Both the position numbers and the translations under genes were made by a program. DNA of 64,000 bases from Bacteroidales bacterium. Its GTDB lineage: Bacteria > Bacteroidota > Bacteroidia > Bacteroidales > GCA-2748055. Below are positions 19,505 through 31,167 of this stretch, piece by piece. Location: positions 7,581 to 71,580 of the forward strand of contig JAWKKO010000004.1 in assembly GCA_041393235.1 (NCBI GenBank), in the 5' to 3' direction. How positions within the stretch are numbered: position 1 is the stretch's first letter; each line of letters begins with the position of its first letter. Below the pieces are notes generated by a model, which worked only from the letters and a program-made list of their open reading frames with translations, searched no databases and was not told the origin of the DNA.

Positions 19505-20962
19505 ATGAATGTACTTGTTCTGGGTGCCGGGGTTTCGGGCCACACGGCAGCCGCATTTCTCAAACGGAGCCTGGGAAAGAAGCACCATGTCACGGTGGTT
19601 TCTCCCAGCGCCTACTACCAGTGGATCCCATCCAACATCTGGGTGGGGGTGGGTCGGATGACCCAGGACCAGGTCCGGTTCAAGCTGGAAAAAGTCTACC
19701 GCCGCTGGGGCATCGAATTCCGGCAGGCCCGGGCCCTGTCCATCCATCCCGAAGGAAACGGGGACCAGCCGGCTCCCCACGTTCAGATCGAATACACCTC
19801 CGAAGCCCGGCGGGGCGACCGGGAACGGGTCTCCTACGACTACCTGGTGAATGCCACCGGTCCCCGTCTGAATTTCGAAAAGACCGAAGGATTGGGACCG
19901 GCGGCCGGACACACGGTTTCGGTGTGCTCCAGCGACCATGCCGCCCACGCCTGGGAGGAATTGCAAAAGATCATTCAGAAGCTGAAGCAGGGCGAGAGGC
20001 AGAAGATTGTCATCGGCACCGGCCATCCCATGGCCACCTGCCAGGGAGCCGCCTTTGAATACGCCATGAACATCGCCTTCGAACTGCGGAAACAAAAAGT
20101 CGACCACCTGGCCGAAATCACATGGCTGACAAACGAATACGAGGTGGGGGATTTCGGCATGGGGGGCGCCTTCATCAAACGGGGCGGGTACGTGACCTCG
20201 ACCCGGGTCTTCACCGAATCCATCCTGGCCGAAAACAAGATCAACTGGATCAAACGGGCCGGCGTCCGCAAGGTGGAGGCAGGCCGGATCCACTACGAAA
20301 CCCTGGACGGGTCCATGCACACCATCGATTTCGATTTTTCCATGCTGATCCCTTCGTTCACCGGCCACGGCATCACCGCCGCCGACCGGGACGGGAAGGA
20401 CATCACCGACCGGCTTTTTGCAGCCAACGGCCTCATGCTCGTGGATGCCGATTACCGGGCCAAACCCTTCGAGGAATGGAGCGTGGCCGACTGGCCCACC
20501 ACCTACCAGTCCCCGGCCTATGCCAACATCTACGCGGCGGGAATTGCCTTCGCCCCGCCCCATGCCATTTCCAAACCCATGACCAGTCCCAACGGCACCG
20601 CCATCTTCCCCACCCCGCCCCGGACGGGTCTGCCCTCGGGGGTCATCGGGAAGGTGATTGCCCAGAACCTTGCCCACCGCATCAAACACGACAGCGCCGA
20701 ACACAGACACACCGCCAGCATGGGACGGATGGGCGCAGCCTGCATCGTGTCGGTGGGGTACGGAATCACGAAGGGCCGCGGCGCCACCCTGACGGTGTCC
20801 CCCATCGTTCAGGATTGGGAGAAATACCCGGAGTGGGGACGGGACCTGCGGGCCACCGTCGGGGAAGTGGGCCTGGCCGGACACTGGATCAAGCTCTTCC
20901 TCCACTACCTTTTCCTCCACAAGGCCAAAGGCTATCCCTTCTGGTGGCTGCTTCCAGAATGA
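19505..20962 (+). CDS. FAD-dependent pyridine nucleotide-disulfide oxidoreductase, sulfide:quinone oxidoreductase-like
   Basis: ATG 19505 gives MNVLVLGAGVSGHTAA (Rossmann fold). Conserved Cys contexts MATCQGAAFEY and GAACIVSVG resemble SQR redox cysteines. Confidence 0.75.
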   Translation: MNVLVLGAGVSGHTAAAFLKRSLGKKHHVTVVSPSAYYQWIPSNIWVGVGRMTQDQVRFKLEKVYRRWGIEFRQARALSIHPEGNGDQPAPHVQIEYTSEARRGDRERVSYDYLVNATGPRLNFEKTEGLGPAAGHTVSVCSSDHAAHAWEELQKIIQKLKQGERQKIVIGTGHPMATCQGAAFEYAMNIAFELRKQKVDHLAEITWLTNEYEVGDFGMGGAFIKRGGYVTSTRVFTESILAENKINWIKRAGVRKVEAGRIHYETLDGSMHTIDFDFSMLIPSFTGHGITAADRDGKDITDRLFAANGLMLVDADYRAKPFEEWSVADWPTTYQSPAYANIYAAGIAFAPPHAISKPMTSPNGTAIFPTPPRTGLPSGVIGKVIAQNLAHRIKHDSAEHRHTASMGRMGAACIVSVGYGITKGRGATLTVSPIVQDWEKYPEWGRDLRATVGEVGLAGHWIKLFLHYLFLHKAKGYPFWWLLPE

Positions 20963-20992
20963 TCCCAACCCACACAAAAACAAAGACATACC

Positions 20993-21154
20993 ATGGAAAA
21001 AATGCACGTTGCCCGGGGATACAAGGATGAATTCTATCCCCCCATGCCCACCCGCAGCACCCGGCGGATCCGGACCAACCTTCCGGTCCAGTTTTACAAA
21101 TTCTGGCGGCTGAACTACAAAATCATGCGGATCGTGATCAAGGGACACTCCTAG
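20993..21154 (+). CDS. candidate small basic protein (53 aa), below the ORF-track size cutoff
   Basis: ATG 20993 to TAG 21152-21154 gives MEKMHVARGYKDEFYPPMPTRSTRRIRTNLPVQFYKFWRLNYKIMRIVIKGHS. It is G/C-rich at third positions like neighbouring genes and fills the SQR-aroA spacer. Confidence 0.35.
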   Translation: MEKMHVARGYKDEFYPPMPTRSTRRIRTNLPVQFYKFWRLNYKIMRIVIKGHS

Positions 21155-22398
21155 GACAGCACATCGGGCGCCTCCTCCACGCCGAATCCGGCCGTGCGAA
21201 GATCGTCCCAGTACCCGGGATAGCTTTTGCTGACCACCCCGGCATCCCGGATGCGGATCCGGTCCGTAACAAGAGCCATCGGCGCCAGGGCCAGGGCCAT
21301 GCGGTGGTCGTGGTAGGTTTCCATCAGGGGGTCCCGTTCCGGCTCCGTCCGCCTGCCCTCCCAGGCCAGAAAACTGCCCCCGGGGTCGGAGGTCAGTTCG
21401 AAACCCAGCTTGCCCAGTTCGGCCTGCAGGGCGGCGATCCGGTCGGTCTCCTTCACACGCAAGGTCCGTGTGCCCGTCAGCCGGAAGGGAACGCCGAGTC
21501 CGCACAGGGTCGCGGCCAGGGTCTGGGCCAGATCGGGGCAGGAGGTGAAATCTTCTTCAAAAAATTCCGGGAGACGGGTTCGGGACGAACGCAGTTCCAG
21601 CGCTCCGTCCTCGAACCGGCTTTCCACCCCCAGGGGGGCAAAGAGCCGGGGCAGCACCGAATCGCCCTGCAGGCTGTGTTCCTTCAGGTGGGGGAGGATG
21701 ATCCGGGAGCCGGGTCGCAGGGCCGCGACCTCGAACCAGTAGGACGCTCCGCTCCAGTCGCCCTCCACCGTGTGGCGTCCCGGGGCATAGGCGCCTGCGG
21801 GAATCCGGATCCGGGCCCCGTCCCGGTGGCCCTCCACCCCGCTTTCCTTCATCAGGGCCAGGGTCATGTCGAGGTAGGTCACCGACACCAGGTCCCCGGA
21901 AAGTTCGAGATCCAGCCCCCCGGGCAGCCGCGGCCCGATCATCATCAGGGCGCTGATGAACTGGCTGCTGACGCTGCCGTCCATGGTGATGCGTCCGCCC
22001 CGGAGTCCGCCGCCCCGGATGCGCAGGGGGGGGCATCCCTCCTGCTCCAGGAAATCGATGTTGGCGCCGAGTTGACGGAGGGCGGTGACGAGGGGACCGA
22101 TGGGACGTTGTTTCATGCGTTCGGATCCGGTCAGGACCACATCCCCGTGTTGTACAGCATAAAAGGCGGTGAGAAACCGCATGGTGGTGCCGGCGTGTCC
22201 CACATCCTTTTCGTCCCGGTTTTCGCCCAGGATCCGGGCCATGATCCGGGTGTCGTCGCTGGCGGAAAGATTTTGGAGATCACCGGGTTCGGAGGAAAGC
22301 GCCCGGATCAGAAGCATCCGGTTGGAAATGCTTTTGGATGAGGGGATAAGAATGCGGGCCCGCAGGGGGGAAGAGGGTGCGGAGATGATATTATTCAT
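21151..22398 (-). CDS. aroA: 3-phosphoshikimate 1-carboxyvinyltransferase (EPSP synthase)
   Basis: 415 aa with the LIPSSKSISNRMLLIRAL motif. ATG verified. Confidence 0.94.
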   Translation of the reverse strand: MNNIISAPSSPLRARILIPSSKSISNRMLLIRALSSEPGDLQNLSASDDTRIMARILGENRDEKDVGHAGTTMRFLTAFYAVQHGDVVLTGSERMKQRPIGPLVTALRQLGANIDFLEQEGCPPLRIRGGGLRGGRITMDGSVSSQFISALMMIGPRLPGGLDLELSGDLVSVTYLDMTLALMKESGVEGHRDGARIRIPAGAYAPGRHTVEGDWSGASYWFEVAALRPGSRIILPHLKEHSLQGDSVLPRLFAPLGVESRFEDGALELRSSRTRLPEFFEEDFTSCPDLAQTLAATLCGLGVPFRLTGTRTLRVKETDRIAALQAELGKLGFELTSDPGGSFLAWEGRRTEPERDPLMETYHDHRMALALAPMALVTDRIRIRDAGVVSKSYPGYWDDLRTAGFGVEEAPDVLS

Positions 22399-22459
22399 GA
22401 ATCAAAGATAATAAATCGCCTATATTGCCCCCGGACAAAAACGTAACGGATCCAAAGAA

Positions 22460-23638
22460 ATGAACCTGAATTTTGAAGACACGCGCACTGCTTTCCAGAT
22501 CAAAAGCGACCGCGACCTGCGACGGGCCAACATCCTGTTCAATCTGATCTCCTACCCCGCCCTGGTGAAAATCGGGAATCCGGTCATCCGGGTGTGCTCC
22601 TCCCTGCGGATCCCCATCGGATGGATCGTCAAACCAACGGCGTTCAAGCATTTTGTGGGCGGCGAAACTCTGGAAGAATGCCAGCCAGCCGTGGCGAAGC
22701 TGAAATCGGCGGGGGTGTATTCCATCCTGGATTACTCCGTGGAAGGCAAGGAAACGGAGAAGGCCATCCAGTCGGCCCTGGAGGAAACTCTCCGGGCCGT
22801 GCGCAATGCCGGGAAAAACCCCGACATCCCCTTTGCCGTCTTCAAGCCCACCGCCTTCGGGGACAGCCACGCCCTGGAAGTGTTCAGCACCGGAACCGAT
22901 CCCGACCCGAAATCCAAAGCCGAAGGGGAAAAATTCAGAGACCGGATCCACACCCTGTGCAAAACCGCCTTTGAATGCGACATCCCCATCATGATCGATG
23001 CGGAAGACGTTTGCTACCAGAATTTCATCGACGAAGTGTGCCTCGACATGATGCGTCTGTACAACAAGGAAAAGGCCATTGTGTACAACACCTACCAGAT
23101 GTACCGCCACGACCGCATCGCCGTGCTGGAGCGGGACATCCGTTCGGCCCGGGACGAGAAATTCTTTCTGGGTGCGAAATTCGTCCGCGGCGCCTACATG
23201 GAGAGGGAACGGGAACGGGCGCATCGCCTGGGCTACGCGGATCCCATCCAGCCCGACAAGGAGAGCACGGACCGGGACTACAACCTGGCCCTGAAAATCT
23301 CCCTGGACAACATCGACGTGGTGTCGATCTTCAACGGAACCCACAACGAATTCAGCAGCAAATACCTGGCCGAGCTCATGGTGGAACGCGGCATGGACCC
23401 CGGCGACAAGAGGATCTGGTTCTCCCAGCTCTACGGAATGAGCGAACACATCAGCTTCAATCTGGCCGCGGCGGGATTTAATGTCGCAAAATACGTACCT
23501 TACGGTCCGGTTCGCTTCGTGCTTCCCTACCTGTTGCGCCGTGTCGAGGAGAACACCTCGGTGAAGGGGCAAACGGGACGGGAACTGGCACTGATTCAAA
23601 AGGAGCGGTCCAGAAGAAAAAATGAACCTGGAAAATAA
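22460..23638 (+). CDS. proline dehydrogenase family protein
   Basis: 392 aa, monofunctional PutA-like proline dehydrogenase (DYSVEGKE..., QMLYGM-like SQLYGMSEH). Confidence 0.8.
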   Translation: MNLNFEDTRTAFQIKSDRDLRRANILFNLISYPALVKIGNPVIRVCSSLRIPIGWIVKPTAFKHFVGGETLEECQPAVAKLKSAGVYSILDYSVEGKETEKAIQSALEETLRAVRNAGKNPDIPFAVFKPTAFGDSHALEVFSTGTDPDPKSKAEGEKFRDRIHTLCKTAFECDIPIMIDAEDVCYQNFIDEVCLDMMRLYNKEKAIVYNTYQMYRHDRIAVLERDIRSARDEKFFLGAKFVRGAYMERERERAHRLGYADPIQPDKESTDRDYNLALKISLDNIDVVSIFNGTHNEFSSKYLAELMVERGMDPGDKRIWFSQLYGMSEHISFNLAAAGFNVAKYVPYGPVRFVLPYLLRRVEENTSVKGQTGRELALIQKERSRRKNEPGK

Positions 23639-24104
23639 AAAGAGGACGTCGAAGATCTGGAACAGGCGCCTGGTCCTGATCCTTCTTCTTGCGCTCCTGG
23701 TGGTGGGGCTCCTGTTTTTGCCCTGGGTGGAAGCCAACGATCCCGCCCAGGACCGGTACTGGGCCGTGGGCGGACTCGCTCTGATGTATGTGGCGTTCAC
23801 CGTCCTGCAGTCGCTCCGGAACCCCCACTACCTGTTTTTCAGCGACAACGAGGAGAAGCTCATTTTCCGCTTCTATCCTCTCAGCATTTTCAAGACCCGG
23901 AAACAGGCCATCGAAATTCCCAAATCCCAGTTCATCTCTTACGAAACCGCCCCCTTCCTTCTGGGAACCCAGCAAAACCTGATCCTCTACCAGAGGTTCC
24001 GGAACAAAATCACCCACTACCCGCCCATCAGTCTGTCGGCGGTGGACCGGGCCGACCGGAAGAAGCTGTTCGAGGTTCTCGACGGCTACAAAAAGAAGGT
24101 GTGA
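23622..24104 (+). CDS. hypothetical membrane protein
   Basis: 160 aa with two N-terminal TM segments. Overlaps the upstream stop by 17 nt. No family recognised. Confidence 0.5.
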   Translation: MNLENKKRTSKIWNRRLVLILLLALLVVGLLFLPWVEANDPAQDRYWAVGGLALMYVAFTVLQSLRNPHYLFFSDNEEKLIFRFYPLSIFKTRKQAIEIPKSQFISYETAPFLLGTQQNLILYQRFRNKITHYPPISLSAVDRADRKKLFEVLDGYKKKV

Positions 24105-24143
24105 ACGACCGATCTTTTCCGTGCGAACACATACACGGGAAAA

Positions 24144-25301
24144 ATGTCCGGCGAAAGGGAAAATGAATTGCTCCACCTCCTGGCCCTGAGCATGGCGTCC
24201 GCCGTGGGCCCCGTCACCGCGAGAAAACTGTTGGAAACCTACGGCTCGGCCGGGGAGGTCTTCCGGCAGTCCCGGGCCGACCTCCAGGGGATCCGGGGAT
24301 TGGGCCCCGTCCTGTCGTCGGCCATTCTGGACCCGGGCCTCCCCGGGAAAGCGGAGAAGGAATATGAATTCCTGCAACGGCACCGGATCCGGATCCTCCC
24401 CCACGACGATCCGGGCTATCCTGCCGAACTCGGCGAGTGCGAGGATGCCCCCATCCTCTTGTTTGTCAAGGGAAGCGAGGGGTTCGGAAAGACCCGGCGC
24501 CTGAGCGTGGTGGGCACACGCAAGGCCACGTCCTACGGCAAGGAGATGTGCCGGACCCTCATCCGGGATCTGGCGGCCGGTTTTCCCGACCTGGTGATCG
24601 TCAGCGGACTGGCCTACGGAATCGATGTCATGGCCCACCGGGCGGCCCTTGACAACGGATTGTCCACCCTGGCCGTCCTGGGCCACGGATTTGCCACCCT
24701 CTACCCCCACAGCCACCGGGAAACCGCCAGGGCCATCCTGACCCAGGGGGCCCTGGTCAGCGATTTCCCCTCGGGCATGCCCCCGGAACGAAACAACTTC
24801 CTGCGAAGGAACCGGATCATCGCGGGACTTTCCCAGGCCACCCTTGTGGTGGAATCGGCTGCGGCCGGCGGGGCCCTGATCACCGCCCACCTGGCCTTTC
24901 ATTACAACCGAGAGGTGCTGGCCGTGCCCGGCCGAACCGACGACAAGCGGTCCCGGGGGTGCAATGCCCTGATCCGGGAACACAAGGCCCACCTGGTGGA
25001 AACGGCCGCCGACATCGCCCGGCAGTTGAACTGGGATCTCCCCCGGAAACCGGAACCCGGGATGGAAACGGACATCCCCCTTCCGGACGATTCCCGGGCC
25101 ATTTTCGACCTCATCCGGGATACCCCCGGGATCGGGATCGAGGAAATCGCCTCCAACCCCGCTCTCCCCGTCCCGAACATCCTGTCCTCCGTTCTTCAAA
25201 TGGAACTGCACGGATGGATCCGCAGCGATCCGGGACAGCGGTTTCATTGCCGGATCGACGGGGAGGGGTGTCCGGAGGGCATGTTCTCCGGCAGTGTTTA
25301 A
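24144..25301 (+). CDS. dprA: DNA-processing protein DprA (Smf)
   Basis: 385 aa with GLAYGIDVMAHRAAL and a Rossmann-like DprA core. Confidence 0.9.
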   Translation: MSGERENELLHLLALSMASAVGPVTARKLLETYGSAGEVFRQSRADLQGIRGLGPVLSSAILDPGLPGKAEKEYEFLQRHRIRILPHDDPGYPAELGECEDAPILLFVKGSEGFGKTRRLSVVGTRKATSYGKEMCRTLIRDLAAGFPDLVIVSGLAYGIDVMAHRAALDNGLSTLAVLGHGFATLYPHSHRETARAILTQGALVSDFPSGMPPERNNFLRRNRIIAGLSQATLVVESAAAGGALITAHLAFHYNREVLAVPGRTDDKRSRGCNALIREHKAHLVETAADIARQLNWDLPRKPEPGMETDIPLPDDSRAIFDLIRDTPGIGIEEIASNPALPVPNILSSVLQMELHGWIRSDPGQRFHCRIDGEGCPEGMFSGSV

Positions 25302-25386
25302 TGACATAGGGAACACATGTCCTATATCATGTGTGAATCAATGGATTCATGATAGCTTAGGCAACTGAACCCAATCACATCACATT

Positions 25387-26675
<1,289 letters not shown>

Positions 26676-26759
26676 GATCGAAAAAGAATCGGTGAAAGCA
26701 CATCCGGGGAGATTGCCGAATCTTCCCGGATGTTGTATGTTTGTAGCCTTCTTGAAACG

Positions 26760-27533
26760 ATGTACATCGACACCCACACCCATCTCTACCTGGATGCCTT
26801 TGCGGAGGACAGGGACCGCATGATCGAACGCGCGAGGTCGGCCGGAGTCGAAGCCCTGCTGCTGCCCAACATCGACAGCCAAAGCGTCGCCGGTCTGCTC
26901 GAACTCACCCGCTCCCATCCCGGCCTGTGCCATCCCATGGCCGGCCTCCACCCCACCTCGGTGAAGGAGAATGTGCAAGAGGAGCTGGAGCGTGCCCGTG
27001 CCCTGCTCGACACGCCCGGACTGGTGGGCATCGGGGAAACGGGCATGGACCTGTATTGGGACAAGACCTTCGTGGAGGAACAGGCCCGGGCCTTTGCCGT
27101 CCAGATCGGATGGGCCAAGGAAACCGGTCTGCCCCTGGTCATCCACGCCCGGGAGTCCTTTCCGGAAATCTTCCGGGTCCTGGATGCGTGCGGCACCGAC
27201 GGCCTGAAGGGGGTGTTCCACAGCTTCACCGGCGGAAGGGCCGAACTGGAGATGGTCCTGGACCGGGGCTTCCACATCGGGATCAACGGCATCGTCACCT
27301 TCCGGAACTCCGACCTGGCCGGGGTGGCCGCCCACATCCCCCTGGACCGGCTGCTTCTGGAAACCGATGCCCCCTACCTGGCACCGGTTCCCCACCGGGG
27401 CAAACGGAACGAGCCCGCCTACCTGCCCCTCATTGCCGGCAAGATGGCGGAAATTCATAACTTGAAGGCGGAAGAAATCGGAACCATCACGAGCCGCAAC
27501 GCGCGGACCCTGTTTTCCCTTCCTGACTTATGA
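26760..27533 (+). CDS. TatD family metal-dependent hydrolase
   Basis: ATG 26760 gives MYIDTHTHLYLDAF.... Also has ETDAPYL. Confidence 0.9.
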   Translation: MYIDTHTHLYLDAFAEDRDRMIERARSAGVEALLLPNIDSQSVAGLLELTRSHPGLCHPMAGLHPTSVKENVQEELERARALLDTPGLVGIGETGMDLYWDKTFVEEQARAFAVQIGWAKETGLPLVIHARESFPEIFRVLDACGTDGLKGVFHSFTGGRAELEMVLDRGFHIGINGIVTFRNSDLAGVAAHIPLDRLLLETDAPYLAPVPHRGKRNEPAYLPLIAGKMAEIHNLKAEEIGTITSRNARTLFSLPDL

Positions 27534-28567
27534 AACGGAAAGACCGCTCCATACTGCTGATTTACACCGGTGGCACCATCGGGATGATCAAGGATCCGGC
27601 CAACGGGTCCCTCCGCCCCTTCGACTTCCGGAAGCTGAAGAAGCAGATCCCGGAAATCCGGGAATTCGGCTACCACATTGAATCCATCAGCTTTGAAAAG
27701 CCCATCGATTCCTCGGACATCGACCTGCCCACCTGGTCGCGGCTGGCCGGCATCATCGAAAAGAACTACGACGATTTCGACGGATTTGTGATCCTGCACG
27801 GAACCGACACCATGGCCTACACGGCCTCCGCCCTCAGCTTCATGCTCGAAAACCTGGGCAAACCCGTGATCCTCACCGGGGCCCAGCTGCCCCTCGGGGC
27901 GCTCCGGACCGACGGGAAGGAAAACCTGGTCACCTCCCTGGTCATTGCCGCCGCCAAAGAATACAACCAGCCGGTGGTTCCGGAGGTGTGCATTTTCTTC
28001 GAAAGCAAGTTGTCGCGGGGGAACCGGACCACCAAAGTGAACGCCGAACACTTCAATGCCTTCCAGTCGGCCAACTACCCTTACCTGGCGAAGGCCGGGG
28101 TTCATCTGGTCTACCACCGCGACGTGATCCGCTATCCGGGGAAGTTCAAACCCCTCATCGTCCATAAAAACCTGAGCGACCGCATCGCCATCCTCAAGCT
28201 TTTTCCCGGCATGAGCCCGGATTTTCTGGACAGTGTCCTGGAATCTCCCGGACTTCGAGGCGTGATCATGGAAACCTTCGGTGCCGGAAACGCCCCGTCG
28301 GCAAACTGGTTCGTGGACCGGATCACCCGGGCCGTGAACCGCGGCATTCTGATCCTGGACGTGACCCAGTGCAGCCGGGGAAGCGTGGAAATGGGCCGGT
28401 ACGAAACCAGCACGAAACTTCTAAAGGCAGGCGTGATAAGCGGTTATGACATCACCACCGAAGCGGCCGTTACGAAAATGATGGTCCTTCTGGCCCAGAA
28501 CCTGGAGATGGAGGAGGTTAAAATGCTTTTAAATAAATCCCTCAAGGGAGAAATCACACGGCCCTAA
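27530..28567 (+). CDS. ansA: type I L-asparaginase
   Basis: 345 aa with ILLIYTGGTIGM and HGTDTMAYTA motifs. ATGA overlap with tatD. Confidence 0.9.
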   Translation: MKRKDRSILLIYTGGTIGMIKDPANGSLRPFDFRKLKKQIPEIREFGYHIESISFEKPIDSSDIDLPTWSRLAGIIEKNYDDFDGFVILHGTDTMAYTASALSFMLENLGKPVILTGAQLPLGALRTDGKENLVTSLVIAAAKEYNQPVVPEVCIFFESKLSRGNRTTKVNAEHFNAFQSANYPYLAKAGVHLVYHRDVIRYPGKFKPLIVHKNLSDRIAILKLFPGMSPDFLDSVLESPGLRGVIMETFGAGNAPSANWFVDRITRAVNRGILILDVTQCSRGSVEMGRYETSTKLLKAGVISGYDITTEAAVTKMMVLLAQNLEMEEVKMLLNKSLKGEITRP

Positions 28568-28707
28568 GTGCCAGAATTAATTTTTTTTTGTATTTTTCGC
28601 CGCGAATTTCTGCTGAGAAACATACGTAACAAAAAGCAGGCGTGGTTCTTACAATTCTTTGACAGCAAGCGGCATTGCGCAGCAGCCGCCAGAGTATAAA
28701 AAGATCA

Positions 28708-28798
28708 GGAGAGGTGCAGGAGTGGCTGAACTGGCACGCCTGGAAAGCGTGTGTACCCCTAAAGGGTACCGAGGGTTCGAATCCCTCTCTCTCCGCCA
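28708..28798 (+). tRNA. tRNA-Ser (anticodon GGA), encoded CCA
   Basis: Manual fold: acceptor GGAGAGG/TCTCTCC; anticodon stem CACGC/GCGTG with loop CTGGAAA; long variable arm GTACCC/GGGTAC; T arm GAGGG-TTCGAAT-CCCTC; then G-CCA. Confidence 0.9.
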
Positions 28799-29016
28799 TT
28801 GTTTTGTGTTCTTTGAGCAGGACGGATGCCGGATTCCCGGAAGCAATTCCACGCCATTCAAGGCAGGAAGCCAGGGGGATCGGGCAGCTTCGTCAGATTA
28901 TTGGGAAAGATGTATTATCTTTACCATAAGGATGCATTGCGACGTATCGAAACCTAACCAAACCGAGAAAAGAAATTCACTCTAATAATCAAAAGTCAAA
29001 ACAAACAAACAACACC

Positions 29017-29841
29017 ATGAAAAAATTATTCGCTTTGATAGCCGTATTCGGGATGCTTTTTATGGGAGCATCGGTCTTCGCGCAAGATCACGAAGAGCCT
29101 GCCATGGAAGACAGCACTGCCGTTGCTGAGGAGGCTGTAGAAGAAACCCCTGCAGTGGTCCAGCAAGCTCCCGTTGCAGCTGAAGAGGAAAATGGCGGCG
29201 GACTGTCCGTTTTGCACACCACCCTCAAAACCAAATTCATCGAAGGTGGTCCCGGCTTCATGGGCGCAGTTCTGCTCACCCTGATTTTCGGTCTTGCCCT
29301 GGCTTTCGAACGGGTCATTTACCTGAACCTGGCCAGCACCAATACGGAAAAACTCCTCAATGCCGTGGAAGATGCCCTGAGCAACGGCGGCGTGGAAGCA
29401 GCCAAGGAAGTGTGCCGCAACACCCGCGGTCCCGTGGCCAGCATCTTTTATCAAGGCCTTGACCGGGTCGACGAAGGAATCGACATGGTGGAAAAATCCG
29501 TTGTTTCTTACGGCAGCGTTCAAATGGGTCTTCTGGAGAAAAACCTGTCCTGGATTTCTCTCTTCATCGCCATCGCCCCGATGCTCGGGTTCATGGGGAC
29601 GGTGATCGGGATGATCGAGGCCTTCGACACCATCCAGACGGAAGGTGACATCTCTCCCCAGATTGTGGCCGGTGGTATCAAGATCGCTCTGATCACCACG
29701 GTGACCGGTCTGATGGTGGCCATCATTCTGCAGATTTTCTACAACTACCTGGTATCGCAGATCGACGCCATCGTGAACCGGATGGAAGATGCGTCCATCT
29801 CCCTCGTTGACATGCTTGTGAAGCACAATCTTAAAAAATAA
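29017..29841 (+). CDS. exbB: MotA/TolQ/ExbB proton-channel family protein
   Basis: 274 aa with a signal/TM N-terminus and the C-terminal ExbB core IAPMLGFMGTVIGMIEAF. Confidence 0.88.
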   Translation: MKKLFALIAVFGMLFMGASVFAQDHEEPAMEDSTAVAEEAVEETPAVVQQAPVAAEEENGGGLSVLHTTLKTKFIEGGPGFMGAVLLTLIFGLALAFERVIYLNLASTNTEKLLNAVEDALSNGGVEAAKEVCRNTRGPVASIFYQGLDRVDEGIDMVEKSVVSYGSVQMGLLEKNLSWISLFIAIAPMLGFMGTVIGMIEAFDTIQTEGDISPQIVAGGIKIALITTVTGLMVAIILQIFYNYLVSQIDAIVNRMEDASISLVDMLVKHNLKK

Positions 29842-29847
29842 GAAGCA

Positions 29848-30513
29848 ATGGCTTTTTCGAAAATAACAAGAATCATACTGTTCGTCATCGCGGGGATCTC
29901 GCTGGCAGTGGTTCTGTTCTTCTACATGGCTGAAATGTCCGACAAATACGACGAGATTGATGCCAAAGTGCTTGCTCTGAAAGCACCCGTGGAAGACCTG
30001 GCCCCGGTTATCCAGCCTGTTGTGGACACCGCAGCCGCTGATACGACGGAAGGAGATTCGACCGCCCTGGCAGAAGCTGCCATGGACGAGCCCGAAAGCA
30101 CCGCTTTCCAGACACCGGAAGTGGTGGACGTCTCTGAACTCAATCTTCGTGAAGAACTCAGCCTTGGGGAGTATCTGATTTACCAGCACACCAGCATTGC
30201 CTTGATTTGGGCCTACATTTTGTTCGTCCTCACCGGCATCGCTGCGCTGGGCTTCCCCCTGGTCGCCGTATTCTCCCGTCCCAAGGGCCTCATCCGGCTC
30301 GGTCTGGTTCTGGTGGCTGCTGCGGTCATTGTGATCGTTTCCTATGTGCTGTCCTCCGATGCTCCGATGACCATCATCGGCTACTCGGGAACCGCCAACA
30401 GCGATCCGGGAACCCTGAAAATGGTAGATACAACCTTGTTCGTGACCTACACCCTGTTCGGAATAGCGCTTCTGTCTATTCTGTATTCGATCATTTCACG
30501 GGCAACCAAGTAA
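29848..30513 (+). CDS. hypothetical membrane protein within the exbB-exbD cluster
   Basis: 221 aa with an N-terminal TM, an acidic linker and 3 C-terminal TM segments. Positioned between exbB and exbD. Confidence 0.55.
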   Translation: MAFSKITRIILFVIAGISLAVVLFFYMAEMSDKYDEIDAKVLALKAPVEDLAPVIQPVVDTAAADTTEGDSTALAEAAMDEPESTAFQTPEVVDVSELNLREELSLGEYLIYQHTSIALIWAYILFVLTGIAALGFPLVAVFSRPKGLIRLGLVLVAAAVIVIVSYVLSSDAPMTIIGYSGTANSDPGTLKMVDTTLFVTYTLFGIALLSILYSIISRATK

Positions 30514-30537
30514 CAAACAGTTCAAAACCTAGAACCG

Positions 30538-31167
30538 ATGGCAAGACCAACACCGGAAGTGAACGGAGGATCCCTGGCGGACATCGCCTTTCTTCTGCTG
30601 ATCTTCTTCCTGGTAACCACAACCATGGACATTGATACGGGAATCACGCGCCAGCTTCCCCCGGAAGTTCCGCCCGAAGACCAGACCGATGTTCAGGTGA
30701 ACCGGCGGAATGCCCTTGTGGTGCTCATCAACCGGAGCGACAGGCTCCTGGTGGGCGGCGAGGAAATGGACCGGCTGGATCTGAAAGAGAAGACCATCGA
30801 ATTTTTTACCAATCCCCAGCGGCTGGAGAGCCTGCCGGTGATGGAGGATGCGGAAATTCAATTTCCCGTGGGGAGTTCTCCCCTTCTCCCCGCCGACGGC
30901 ATCTGGCGCGGACAGATCTCCAAGGGTGTGATATCCCTGCAGAACGACCGCTCCACCACCTATGGCAAGTACCTGCAGGTGCAGAACGAGTTGGTGGCGG
31001 CCGTAAACCAGCTGCGCAACGATTTCTGTGTCCAGTATTTTGGAATGAAATTCGATGAGCTGAATACATCCAATCCGACCGAAGAGCAGATCTACAACGG
31101 CGTTCGGGATATTTACAAGATGAACATCTCCGAAACGGATCCCAAAGACATAGGAGGACGGAACTAA
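30538..31167 (+). CDS. exbD: biopolymer transporter ExbD/TolR
   Basis: 209 aa with the SLADIAFLLLIFFLVTT anchor typical of ExbD. Confidence 0.85.
   Translation: MARPTPEVNGGSLADIAFLLLIFFLVTTTMDIDTGITRQLPPEVPPEDQTDVQVNRRNALVVLINRSDRLLVGGEEMDRLDLKEKTIEFFTNPQRLESLPVMEDAEIQFPVGSSPLLPADGIWRGQISKGVISLQNDRSTTYGKYLQVQNELVAAVNQLRNDFCVQYFGMKFDELNTSNPTEEQIYNGVRDIYKMNISETDPKDIGGRN

Noticed and set aside
19490-21505. 671-aa minus-strand ORF
   Set aside because: It lies antisense to the SQR-like gene and runs into aroA in the wrong frame. The product is Gly/Pro/Arg-rich and low-complexity. Shadow ORF.
28659-28985. 108-aa and 84-aa plus-strand ORFs and 70/81-aa minus-strand ORFs around 28.6-28.9 kb
   Set aside because: They run straight through the tRNA-Ser gene and its flanks. 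No coding signal is visible.
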